Assembly (NCBI GenBank): GCA_044223005.1
Contig: JBGAML010000001.1
Coordinates: 1 to 64,000 of the forward strand
DNA from: Candidatus Eiseniibacteriota bacterium
GTDB taxonomy: Bacteria > Eisenbacteria > RBG-16-71-46
Reading direction: 5' to 3'
DNA length: 64,000 bases
The stretch's first letter is position 1, and every line of letters starts with the position of its first letter. A program made the translations under genes and the position numbers. Below, one piece after another: positions 1 through 8,848 of the stretch. Under the pieces are notes generated by a model. It was not told where the DNA came from. It saw only the letters and a program-made list of their open reading frames with translations, and ran no database searches.

Positions 1-287
1 GACTGCGGCGAGGCCTTGAACTCGCGTGCGATCTGGCGCAGGGCCGAGCCCCCGAGCAGCCGGTGCGCGACCGGGATCAGCCGCTTGGGATAGCGGAGCC
101 AGTAGGTGGTGGCGAAGGTCTGGGTGGAGAAGTTGCGCCCGCAGTGGTCACAGCGGAAACGGGCGATGCGCCGGGGGCGGGCCTGGCGGGTGTAGTAGCC
201 GGCGTGGGACCAGCGCCACAAGGCACGCTCGGCCTTGTGGTAGCGACAGCTCGGGTTGGGGCAGAATGGCGGGACGAAGGTCGTCAT
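1..287 (-). mobile_element. IS1-family-like transposase, N-terminal part (runs off the window edge)
   Basis: Manual translation from ATG 287: MTTFVPPFCPNPSCRYH...RFRCDHCGRNFSTQTFATTYWL...GSALRQIAREFKASPQ. This is a CPxxxC/CxxC zinc ribbon followed by an HTH start, the InsA-like architecture. Not in the ORF track because it is open at the edge. Confidence 0.7.
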
Positions 288-300
288 GCCGGAGGATCAC

Positions 301-316
301 TGCACCTCCCACGCCA
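301..316 (-). promoter_or_regulatory. candidate sigma54 -24/-12 promoter
   Basis: Minus strand TGGCGTGGGAGGTGCA = GG-N10-GC spacing, ending 14 nt upstream of the transposase ATG. Confidence 0.4.
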
Positions 317-359
317 ACTGCATTCTTCCGAGCACAACCCATCGTTTCCGGCACCGCGG

Positions 360-1247
360 TCAGCGCGGTCCGGCGTAGCGCAGCGCGACCCACGCGGCCG
401 CGAGCACGAGCAGCGCGAGCACGATGATCCACAGCGCGCGCATGCCCGGCTTCGGGCCGCCGGCCGTGGTGCCCACGACGCGCGCCACCACCAGCGTGAT
501 GTTGTCGTGGCCGCCGCGTTCGTTGGCCATCGACACCAGCTCGGTGCACGCCTCCTCCGGCGTGCGGTCGCCGGCGATCTCGCCGATCTCGCCGTCGGTG
601 ACGAGCCCGTGCAGGCCGTCGCTGCACAGCACCAGCGTGTCACCGGTCTTCAGGCGCTCCTCGAGCTCCGCCGCGTCCACGCGGATCTCGGGCATCGCGC
701 CGACGCTGCGCGTCAGCTGGTTGCGGCGCGGGTCGTGCGCCGCGGCGTCCTCGGTCAGGTGCCCGCGCTCGACCAGCTCGGCGACGAGCGAGTGGTCGCG
801 CGTCAGCCGGCGGATCGCGCCGCCGCGCACCAGGTACGCGCGGCTGTCGCCGACGTGGCCCCACCACAACCGATCGCCGCGCACCACCACCGCCGTGCAC
901 GTGGTGCCCATGCCGCGCTGCTCGACGTTCTGGTCGGCCTGCGCGTGGATCACCTCGTTCGCGCGCTCGATCGCGCCGCGCAGTGCCCCGGCCGTGTCGC
1001 TCGCGTCGTGCGACTGGAAGGCGTCGAGCACGGTGTCGGCGGCGAGCTGGCTCGCGACCTCGCCGGCGTTCGCGCCGCCCATGCCATCGGCGACGAGCAG
1101 CAGCGCGCCCGCCTTCGCGCGCGCTTCCGGTGTCTCGCCCAGCCAGACCACGTGCCAGTCCTCGTTCTGGCTTCGCCGCTGGCCGACGTCACTGGCCGCG
1201 GCGACCCACAACGGTCCGGTCGTGTCCTTTCGCGTCCCCTCGTCCAC
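360..1247 (-). CDS. PP2C-family Ser/Thr phosphatase (Stp1/PrpC type) with C-terminal TM helix
   Basis: Motifs SDVGQRR-NED, VADGMGG, MGTT, HVGDSRAY, DHS, LCSDGL, GGHDNIT. GTG 1247 follows a GGGAGAGG RBS. Confidence 0.92.
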   Translation of the reverse strand: MDEGTRKDTTGPLWVAAASDVGQRRSQNEDWHVVWLGETPEARAKAGALLLVADGMGGANAGEVASQLAADTVLDAFQSHDASDTAGALRGAIERANEVIHAQADQNVEQRGMGTTCTAVVVRGDRLWWGHVGDSRAYLVRGGAIRRLTRDHSLVAELVERGHLTEDAAAHDPRRNQLTRSVGAMPEIRVDAAELEERLKTGDTLVLCSDGLHGLVTDGEIGEIAGDRTPEEACTELVSMANERGGHDNITLVVARVVGTTAGGPKPGMRALWIIVLALLVLAAAWVALRYAGPR

Positions 1248-1424
1248 GATCCTCTCCCGTAGATGAAGCACAGTCCCCCCCTTGCGCCGGGCGGCCTTTG
1301 CCGGGCACGGGGCCTGTGCGGGGGGACAAGCCGCGGGCAGATTGGATGAGGCAATCGCATCTGGCAAGTCGTAAGTCGCGACGGAGAACGATCTCCCGCA
1401 CGCGCGGCGAGTTGCCCGCCGCGG

Positions 1425-2513
1425 TCAGCCCCGAGCGAGCGCGGCGAGCTTGCGCGTGAGCGCCGTCAGCGCGATGTCGCGCGCTCCCGGATCGGCCCAA
1501 CGCAGGGTTTCGCGCAGCTGCACGCGCCCGGCGACGCGCCCCCGCAGGAGCTCCACCTCGATCGCGCGGTGCGTGATGCTGTGCTTCACGCGCACGCCAG
1601 TGGGCTGGAGCGTCGCGCGCACGCCCAGCGCGCGCAGCCGCTTCGCCAGCCCGCGCGCGGCGTCCGCGCCTGCGGCGAGCTCGACGCCCGGCGGCTCCCA
1701 GAGCCCGTCCAGCAGCGCGCCCTCGCGCCGCGTCACGAGCACGCGCCCGCGCGACTCGATCCACGCCACCGCGCGCCGCACGCGTTCGGCCGCCCGCCGC
1801 GCCGCCGGCGGCGGGAACGCCTCCGGCGTACCGCGCGCGTGCGCGACGCACCACCGCGCGACCGGGCACGCCTCGCAGCGCGGGGCGCGCGGCGTGCAGA
1901 GAGTGGCACCCAGTTCCATGAGCGATTGGTTCCATGCGCCCGGGTCGGCGCCGGTGCGCGGCATGCGCGCCTCGGCCAGCGCCCACAGCGCGCGCGCGTC
2001 GGCGGGGCGCTTCACCTGCCAGTCCTTCGCGTCCCAGCGCGCGAACACGCGCGCGACGTTGCCGTCGAGGACCGGCAGCGGGCGGCGAAAACCGATCGAC
2101 ATCACCGCGCCCAGCGTGTAGCGCCCCACGCCCGGCAGGCCCGCGAACGCGTCCGGATCCGCGGGGACCTCGCCGCCGTGCTCGCGCACCACCTCGCCGG
2201 CGGCCGCGTGCAGAAGGCGCGCGCGGCGGTAGTAGCCCAGGCCCGCCCACGCCGCGAGCACGTCGTCGAGCGGCGCGCGGGCCAGCGCGCGCGGATCGGG
2301 CCACGCGCGCACGAAGCGTTCCCAGTACGGGGTCGCGGTCGCGACCTGGGTCTGCTGGAGCATGATCTCCGACACCCAGATCGCCCACGGATCGCGCGTG
2401 CGCCGCCACGGCAGGTCGCGCGCGTGCCGCCGGTACCACGCGAGCAGCGCGCGGCGGCGCTGCGCTTCGACGTCGGTGGCGCGCGCCTTGGGCCGCGCCG
2501 GCTTCGCCGTCAC
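1425..2513 (-). CDS. mutY: A/G-specific adenine DNA glycosylase
   Basis: RDLPWR, VSEIMLQQT, WAGLGYY, LPGVGRYT (HhH), DGNV, Fe-S motif CTPRAPRCEACPVARWC, NUDIX-like C-terminus. The GTG start overlaps the upstream TGA. Confidence 0.95.
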   Translation of the reverse strand: MTAKPARPKARATDVEAQRRRALLAWYRRHARDLPWRRTRDPWAIWVSEIMLQQTQVATATPYWERFVRAWPDPRALARAPLDDVLAAWAGLGYYRRARLLHAAAGEVVREHGGEVPADPDAFAGLPGVGRYTLGAVMSIGFRRPLPVLDGNVARVFARWDAKDWQVKRPADARALWALAEARMPRTGADPGAWNQSLMELGATLCTPRAPRCEACPVARWCVAHARGTPEAFPPPAARRAAERVRRAVAWIESRGRVLVTRREGALLDGLWEPPGVELAAGADAARGLAKRLRALGVRATLQPTGVRVKHSITHRAIEVELLRGRVAGRVQLRETLRWADPGARDIALTALTRKLAALARG

Positions 2514-2707
2514 GCGCGCGGGCGGAAGTCCGAAACGTCCTTCAGGTTGGGCGTCTTGACCTGCGTGCCGGTCCACGCGCACGACATCACGACACCGCAA
2601 CGCGGGCACTCGAGCTTCGCCTGTGCGCCTTCCTCGGTGGTCGGCATCCAGCGGTCGATCTTCGTCTGGCAGCCGGGCGTGTAGCAGAGATAGACGCACA
2701 GCGGCAT
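2510..2707 (-). CDS. small Cys-rich zinc-ribbon-like protein (65 aa)
   Basis: AAGGAG RBS; CYTPGC...CPRCG; stop overlaps the mutY start (GTGA). Confidence 0.75.
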   Translation of the reverse strand: MPLCVYLCYTPGCQTKIDRWMPTTEEGAQAKLECPRCGVVMSCAWTGTQVKTPNLKDVSDFRPRA

Positions 2708-2721
2708 CGATGGCTCCTTCC

Positions 2722-3798
2722 CTACGGCGTGCCCCGTGCGCCGGTGAACACGAACGCGTGCACCGTGACGCCCGGGACGTCCGGCGAGAGCTGGATCACG
2801 CGCTCGCCCTCGCCCTTGTCGATCCAGTAGATGCGCGGCTCGGTGACCCGCACGAACGCCCCCTGGGCGTCGCCCGCGACGTCTTCGCCGCGCACCGACG
2901 GATCGGGCCAGCGATCGTCGCGCAGGATCCAGACCCGCGCGCTGCCGCCGGGCGGCGGAGACAGCACCACGCCGGCGCGCGACGCACTATAGCGGATGGA
3001 CACGAAGTTCGCCGCCCCGCCACGGGTCGCCGCCAGGCCTTCGGTGCCGGTGCGCCAGCCGCCCACGGGCACCGGCACCCACGGTCCGCCGGTGGCTTCG
3101 TAGCGCAGCGGCGCGACGAACACCTGCTCGTGCCCCGCCGGGATTCCGCGCAGCGGACCCTCTTCCACGCGGCCGGCGCCCAGCCACACCGTGTGCGCGC
3201 CCGCCGGGAGCGACGCGTCCACCTCCGGCAGCGGCGGCGCCTCGGGATGCAGCCGTGCCGTGATCGCACGCAGCGCGCGGCCGCCCGCGGCGAGATCGCC
3301 CACCGTGTCCACGACCACGTGGCCGAGTTCGTCGGCCACGACGAGGTGCGGGCCGTCGGCCATGCCGCCCTCGGCCGCTTCGACGAGCGCCGACGAATCG
3401 TCCGCGACCGGCAGCGCAAGGCCGAGCGCGCGCGTGATGCGCCCCGCGACCGCAGTGTCGGATGCGAACGCGAACTCCGGCTCGTGCACCGCGACCACGC
3501 GCGCGCCGAGTGGCGCCAGCGCGCGGTACCAGGCGTCCACCACCGGCAGCGCGGCGAGCGCACGCGGGTCGGTGTCGCTCCAGAGCAGCAGCGCTACCGG
3601 CCGGCCGGCGAGAGAGTCCGCGGTCAGCGGCGCCGCGCCATGCCAGACCGCGACGCGGTCGAGCGACGGCAGCGGCCGCGGCGGCACGCGCTCGGGCTCG
3701 TGCGCGCGCGGTCCGAAGTGCGACATCCAGTACACCGCGCCCAGCGCGAGCACGAGCACCAGCGTCGAGACGACGAGCAGCAGCGGTCGGTTCGGCAT
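2722..3798 (-). CDS. membrane-anchored DipZ-C-like thioredoxin-fold protein lacking CxxC
   Basis: N-terminal TM; VHEPEFAFA and V..PRIY...FVFT resemble DipZ/TlpA plus the C-terminal beta domain; WSDTDPRA replaces WxxxCxxC. Confidence 0.7.
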   Translation of the reverse strand: MPNRPLLLVVSTLVLVLALGAVYWMSHFGPRAHEPERVPPRPLPSLDRVAVWHGAAPLTADSLAGRPVALLLWSDTDPRALAALPVVDAWYRALAPLGARVVAVHEPEFAFASDTAVAGRITRALGLALPVADDSSALVEAAEGGMADGPHLVVADELGHVVVDTVGDLAAGGRALRAITARLHPEAPPLPEVDASLPAGAHTVWLGAGRVEEGPLRGIPAGHEQVFVAPLRYEATGGPWVPVPVGGWRTGTEGLAATRGGAANFVSIRYSASRAGVVLSPPPGGSARVWILRDDRWPDPSVRGEDVAGDAQGAFVRVTEPRIYWIDKGEGERVIQLSPDVPGVTVHAFVFTGARGTP

Positions 3799-3908
3799 CG
3801 TGGGCAGTATAGCGGCCGCGCGTTCCGCGTGCTCCCCGGCACGCGGCCCGGTATGCTCCCGGCCGGGTCGCGCGCGGCGCGCGGTCCGCGGAGACACGGA
3901 GGCTCCCG

Positions 3909-4868
3909 GTGGAACGTTCGTACACCGCCCCGCTCGCACGGTCGTGGGATCGCATGCGCCGGATGCTGTTCCGGCCCTTCCACGTCGAAGCGTGGCTCGT
4001 GCTCGGGCTCTCGGCGTTCCTCGCGCGCATGCTCGATTCGGCCGGGAGCGGAGCCGGCTGGAACCTGGGCGGCGGCTCGCACGGACGCGGCTCCGGCTCG
4101 CACGCCGCGGAGACCGCGCTCGACCAGCTCGCGTGGCTGCTCGATCACCCGATCGTGTTGATCGGGATCGCCGTCGGCATGCTGATCGTGTGCGTCGTGC
4201 TCGTGGTGCTCGGCTGGGTGAGCGCGCGCGCGCAGTTCGTGTTCCTCGAGAACGTCGTGCTCGAGAAGCCCGCGTTCCTCGGCCCCTGGCGCCGCCACGG
4301 GCGGCTCGGGAAGTCGCTGTTCCTCTGGGGCGCCGCGTTCAGCTTCGCGTGGCTCGTGCCCGGAGCGCTCGTGCTGCTGCCGTTCGCGAACACGCTGGCG
4401 CTCCTGCTGCGCGGCGGCGACTTCGTGCTGCCCGGCGCGCTCGGCTTCGCGAGCGTGGGGCTCGGCGTGCTCGCGATGTTGGCGATCGCGTTCGTGCTGC
4501 TGCTCGCGCGCGAGTTCGTGGTGCCGCTCATGTGGCGCTACGAGGAGAACGCGACGGAAGCGTGGCGCCGCTTCGGGCCGCTGTTCTGGAGCCACCCGGG
4601 CGAGTTCGTCGCTTACGCGCTGTTCCTGGTCGTGCTCGGGATCGGCGCCGCGATCGCGCTGGTGGTCGCGGGCATCGCGACGTGCTGCGTCGGGCTGCTG
4701 CTCATGCTGATCCCCTACCTCGGCGCCGTGGTGATGCTGCCCGTGCACGTCACCGGCCGCGCGCTGGGGCCGGAGTTCCTCGCGCAGTTCGGCCCCGAGT
4801 GGGACGTGTTCCCGCCGCGCGCGCCGGAGAGCCCCGGGGACGCCGGAGCGGCGGACGCGCCGCGCTGA
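3909..4868 (+). CDS. multi-pass membrane protein of unknown function
   Basis: GGAGG RBS; about 6 hydrophobic segments; typical codon usage. Confidence 0.8.
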   Translation: MERSYTAPLARSWDRMRRMLFRPFHVEAWLVLGLSAFLARMLDSAGSGAGWNLGGGSHGRGSGSHAAETALDQLAWLLDHPIVLIGIAVGMLIVCVVLVVLGWVSARAQFVFLENVVLEKPAFLGPWRRHGRLGKSLFLWGAAFSFAWLVPGALVLLPFANTLALLLRGGDFVLPGALGFASVGLGVLAMLAIAFVLLLAREFVVPLMWRYEENATEAWRRFGPLFWSHPGEFVAYALFLVVLGIGAAIALVVAGIATCCVGLLLMLIPYLGAVVMLPVHVTGRALGPEFLAQFGPEWDVFPPRAPESPGDAGAADAPR

Positions 4869-5597
4869 TCAGCGAGTCCGCGCGGGAAAGCGCAGGAGCA
4901 GGAACTCGTCGTCGAGCTTGCGGCCGCCGTTGAGGCGGCGGGCGACCCAGTAGAGGCCCAGCGTGCGGCCGTCGCCGAGCGGCCCCACGTGCAGGCTCGC
5001 CGCGAGCACCTGCCCGCCCTTCGTCGCGTCGCCCACCTGGTGCGTGGCCTTCCAGACCGCGTACCACCGCCACGGCAGCTGCACGCCGGGATCGGTGGGC
5101 GCGGCCGAGCCGAGGAACGCCAGCACGCCCCAGCGCGGGGACACGGCGCGATTGCCGTCGAGGTCGAGCACGAGCCCGTCGATCGGATCGAGCACGCCCC
5201 AGCCGCGGATCGTCCAGCGCCGCCCGCCCGCGCCCTTCTCGAACGTGAGCCGTACGCGGGTGCGCACCGCGAAATGGGCCGCGCGACCCTCGCGCATGTA
5301 GAGGTCGTACTCCGGCTTCGTGACGCCGAGCTTCGGGTGCCACGGCAGCGCGCCGCGCGGATGCTGCGCGACCCACGACTGGAACCATTTCGGGTCCGCC
5401 TGCGCGGCGTTCATGATGCGCCGCGAGATCGCCTGCATCTGCGGCGAGTAATCGGGCGTGAGCACCTCGGCGGTGACCGGCGTCTCGGGGAGCAGGTTCG
5501 CGACGTCGTCCGCGGTCGCGGCGAACGCACGCGGCGCGGCCGCGCACAGGGCGAACGCGACGAGGCCGGTGGCGGCGACTCGGACGAAGCGGTGCAT
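4869..5597 (-). CDS. secreted hypothetical protein
   Basis: GGAGG RBS; Sec-type signal peptide ending in AFA. Confidence 0.7.
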   Translation of the reverse strand: MHRFVRVAATGLVAFALCAAAPRAFAATADDVANLLPETPVTAEVLTPDYSPQMQAISRRIMNAAQADPKWFQSWVAQHPRGALPWHPKLGVTKPEYDLYMREGRAAHFAVRTRVRLTFEKGAGGRRWTIRGWGVLDPIDGLVLDLDGNRAVSPRWGVLAFLGSAAPTDPGVQLPWRWYAVWKATHQVGDATKGGQVLAASLHVGPLGDGRTLGLYWVARRLNGGRKLDDEFLLLRFPARTR

Positions 5598-5758
5598 GAC
5601 GGCCTCCGGAAGCGGGCGGATCGGTAACGATCGTGCGCCCTCATCGGGCGCGCCGGGGCCGAGCGACGTCCGGAAGCCGCAAATCCGCTCTCCGAACGGG
5701 CCTTCACCCCTCTGGATGCGTTGTCGGCATTTCGCGGCCGCGGGTACACTCCCTCGTC

Positions 5759-6757
5759 ATGAGCCTCCGCAGCCCCTTCGTGGACACCCAGGGCCGGACG
5801 GTGCGCGACCTCCGGATCTCGGTCACGGACCGCTGCAACCTGCGCTGCACGTACTGCATGCCCGCCGAGGGCATGCCGTGGCTGCCGCGCGAGCAGATCC
5901 TCTCGTACGAGGAGATCGCCCGCTTCGCGCGCGTTTGCGTCGAAGCCGGCGTCGACGGCGTGCGCCTGACGGGCGGCGAGCCCACCGTGCGCAAGGACCT
6001 GGTCACGCTGGTGCGCGAGCTGCGCGCGCTCTCGCCCACGCTGGACCTTTCGCTCACCACCAACGGCATCGCGCTCGCGACGCTGGCCGCAGAGCTCCGC
6101 GACGCCGGGCTCTCGCGCGTCAACGTGAGCCTCGACACGCTCTCGCGCGAGCGCTTCGAGCGCATCGCGCGGCGCGACCGGCTCGCCGACGTGCTCGCCG
6201 GCATCGCCGCGGCGCGCGACGCCGGGCTCGCGCCGGTCAAGCTGAACGCCGTGCTCGTGAAGGGCGAGAACGAGGACGAGGCGCTGGCGCTCGCGCGCTA
6301 CGCGCGCGCCGAGGGCCACGAGCTGCGCTTCATCGAGTGGATGCCGCTGGACGCGCAGCAGCTCTGGGACCGTTCACGGCTCGTGTCGGCGGACGAGATC
6401 CTCGCCGCGCTCCAGGGCGAGTTCGAGCTCGTGGCCGACGAGGGCCACGATCCCAGCGCGCCCGCGCGCACGTGGCGCTACGCCGACGGCCGCGGCCGCG
6501 TGGGCATCATCGCCTCGGTGACGCGGCCCTTCTGCGGACACTGCGACCGCATCCGGATCACCGCCGACGGACAACTGCGCACGTGCCTGTTCGCGCACCG
6601 CGAGTACGACGTGCGAGCGGCGCTGCGCGGCGGCGCGGACGACGACGCGATCGAGGCGCTCGTGCGCGCCGCGGTGCAGCGCAAGGCGCCCGGCCACCTC
6701 GTCGGCCAGCCCGACTACGTGCAGCCCGCGCGCGGCATGAGCGCGATCGGCGGCTGA
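5759..6757 (+). CDS. moaA: GTP 3',8-cyclase (molybdopterin biosynthesis)
   Basis: LRISVTDRCNLRCTYCMP radical-SAM motif, FCGHCDRIR...C, C-terminal MSAIGG. Confidence 0.96.
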   Translation: MSLRSPFVDTQGRTVRDLRISVTDRCNLRCTYCMPAEGMPWLPREQILSYEEIARFARVCVEAGVDGVRLTGGEPTVRKDLVTLVRELRALSPTLDLSLTTNGIALATLAAELRDAGLSRVNVSLDTLSRERFERIARRDRLADVLAGIAAARDAGLAPVKLNAVLVKGENEDEALALARYARAEGHELRFIEWMPLDAQQLWDRSRLVSADEILAALQGEFELVADEGHDPSAPARTWRYADGRGRVGIIASVTRPFCGHCDRIRITADGQLRTCLFAHREYDVRAALRGGADDDAIEALVRAAVQRKAPGHLVGQPDYVQPARGMSAIGG

Positions 6758-6788
6758 GGCCTTTCAGGCTGCCGCGTGCCGCACGCCG

Positions 6789-7256
6789 TCAGTCGAGCTC
6801 GCCGTAGAGCTTCTCGCAGAGCCTCGAGAGTTCGCGGGCCTCGCGCGCGTTGAGCCGCTTCGCCGTCAGCCGCTGCACCGCACCCACGCGTTCGTGCATG
6901 CGCGCGAGCAGGTCGCGCCCCTTGGGCGTGATGCGGGCGATCGACTGGCGGCCGTCCTCGCTGGACGCACCGCGCTTGACCAGGCCGGCCCGGACGAGCC
7001 GGTCGATCATGCGCGTCAAGTCCGGCGCCCGATCGAGCACGCGGCGGGCGATGTCGCCCCGCGAGTACCCGTTCGGGAACGCGCCGTTCAGGATGCGGAG
7101 CACGTTGTATTGCGGCGCCGTGAGCCCCGCGCCCTCGAACACTTCGTCCATGAGGCCACGGAGATGGTTGCTCGCGAGGATGATGTTGAGGACCGCTTCG
7201 TGATGCGGACCCTCGAAGCGCTTGGAGAGCAGGCGTTCCTGCAGGACCTTTCCCAT
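6789..7256 (-). CDS. MarR-family transcriptional regulator
   Basis: GLTAPQYNVLRIL, DLTRMIDRLVRAGLVKR, DGRQSIARITPKG. Confidence 0.92.
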   Translation of the reverse strand: MGKVLQERLLSKRFEGPHHEAVLNIILASNHLRGLMDEVFEGAGLTAPQYNVLRILNGAFPNGYSRGDIARRVLDRAPDLTRMIDRLVRAGLVKRGASSEDGRQSIARITPKGRDLLARMHERVGAVQRLTAKRLNAREARELSRLCEKLYGELD

Positions 7257-7293
7257 GCGCTCAGGATCGCGCCCCGCGCCGCGCGAGCGCAAA

Positions 7294-7321
7294 CGGCCAT
7301 CGCCCCGCGGGGCGATGGCCG
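7294..7321. repeat. perfect 28-bp palindrome between murB and marR
   Basis: cggccatcgccccg|cggggcgatggccg. Confidence 0.75.
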
Positions 7322-7345
7322 CAAGACGCGTGTTCCGAGACGCTT

Positions 7346-8332
7346 TCAGGCGCCGGCGGTCCGTTCCGGGCGGGCGCCGAGGAACATGACCTCCTCCTCG
7401 AGCTCCACCCCGAAGCGCTCCCGCACACGCGACTTCATGATCTCCGCGAGCGCCAGCACGTCGCGGGCGGTCGCGTGGCCGGCGTTGACGAGGATGTTGG
7501 CGTGCTTCGCGAACACGGCCGCATCGCCGACGCGGAGGCCGCGGCAGTCGCAGGCGTCGAGCAGCGCGCCCGCCGGGATGCGCTGCGTGCCGGGCGAGTG
7601 CGGCAACCCCGGCACCTGGAAGCCCGGCGGCAGGTTCTTGAAGTAGGAGCCCGCCGTGGGCTCGGTGCGCCACTGCGGGTGCTTCACGCGGCGGATCTCG
7701 AGCTTCTCGTCGATCTCCCGCTGGATCTCGGCCGGATCGCCCGGCTCGAGCCGCAGCACGCAGGAGAGCAGCACGTACGGCTCGCGCTTCAGGCGCGAAT
7801 CGCGATAGCCGAACTCGAACCACGCCGCCGGGTGCGTCTCGACCCGCGAGCCGTCGAGCGCGGCGACCGTGCACTCGATCACGCGCGAGCCGATGTCCTG
7901 CCCGTAGCACCCCGCGTTGCCGTAGAGCGCGCCGCCCACCGTGCCCGGAATGCCGGCCGCGTACGCGAGCCCGGCGAGCCCGCGCTCGCGGCAGAGCTGG
8001 ATGAACTCGAGATAGTCGGCGCCGCACGGCACGTGCGCGACCGTTCCGTCGAACTCGACGCGGTGGCAGTCGTTCCGCACCACGAGCCCACGCAGTCCGT
8101 CGTCGGAGACCAGCAGGTTGCTGCCGCCGCCGATCAGGTGCACCGGCAGCGCGAGCGCGTGCGCCGCCGCGAGCGCCGCGACCAGCGCGTCCGGCTCGGT
8201 GGGCGCGACGAAGAAGTCCGCGGGCCCGCCGATGCGGAACGTCGTGTGGTGCCGCAGCGGCTCGTCGGTGCGCAACGCGTCACCGAGTGCGCGGCGCAGC
8301 GCCGCGAAGGTGTCCTGCGAGGTCGGAGTCAT
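7346..8332 (-). CDS. murB: UDP-N-acetylenolpyruvoylglucosamine reductase
   Basis: HTTFRIGGPAD, IGGGSNLL, GIPGTVGGA..NAG, FGYRDS, AGSYFKN, KHAN, LEEEV. Confidence 0.95.
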   Translation of the reverse strand: MTPTSQDTFAALRRALGDALRTDEPLRHHTTFRIGGPADFFVAPTEPDALVAALAAAHALALPVHLIGGGSNLLVSDDGLRGLVVRNDCHRVEFDGTVAHVPCGADYLEFIQLCRERGLAGLAYAAGIPGTVGGALYGNAGCYGQDIGSRVIECTVAALDGSRVETHPAAWFEFGYRDSRLKREPYVLLSCVLRLEPGDPAEIQREIDEKLEIRRVKHPQWRTEPTAGSYFKNLPPGFQVPGLPHSPGTQRIPAGALLDACDCRGLRVGDAAVFAKHANILVNAGHATARDVLALAEIMKSRVRERFGVELEEEVMFLGARPERTAGA

Positions 8333-8506
8333 CGCGGCCAAGGTGCCGCGAGGGCGCGGGGAGGTCAAATGGTGCGTGCGGCGCTGGCGGCGCTCCGGCC
8401 CGCCGTGCTCTACTCGCGTGCGTGCTACCGCGTCCATCGCGGGCCGGCCGTGGCGGCTCGTGGCGGCGACTGCCGACTTCCCCACGGAACGGCGCAGGAG
8501 CAACCG

Positions 8507-8725
8507 ATGACGATCGAGATCCGTTACTGCGTGCAGTGAAACTACCTCCCCCGGGCCTCCAGTCTGGCGGCCGCGATTCGCAGGGAGCGTGGCATCGAAC
8601 CTTCGCTCGTCCGTGGCAGCGGAGGTGAGTTCGAGGTGACCGTGGACGGCGCGCTGGTCTTTTCCAAGCGTGCCGAGGGCCGGTTCCCCGACCCAGCGGA
8701 GGTGCTCGCGAAGATCCCCGCCTGA
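8507..8725 (+). CDS. Rdx (SelW/SelT/SelH-like) selenoprotein; in-frame TGA 8537-8539 read as Sec
   Basis: AGGAG RBS. Translation: MTIEIRYCVQ-U-NYLPRASSLAAAIRRERGIEPSLVRGSGGEFEVTVDGALVFSKRAEGRFPDPAEVLAKIPA*. CxxU plus the G.FEV.VDG..VFSK...GRFP Rdx signature continues past the TGA. Confidence 0.9.
8554..8572 (+). promoter_or_regulatory. putative bacterial SECIS hairpin
   Basis: GGCC-T-CC[AGTCT]GG-C-GGCC starts 15 nt after the UGA; G in the apical loop. Confidence 0.65.
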
Positions 8726-8848
8726 TCCCGCCGTCCAGACCCGAACGCGCCGGGGACCTCAGCCTGCGGCGCGTTCGCGTTCACGCGACGTCCCCCGGCG
8801 GGACGTGCGGCCGTGGACGCCCGTCGGGACGGCCGATACGATGAACGC

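Noticed and set aside
8537..8539. nonsense mutation or pseudogene interpretation of the TGA
   Set aside because: The TGA sits exactly at the redox-motif position and is followed by a SECIS-like hairpin and intact homology; Sec recoding is more parsimonious, pending a selABC check.
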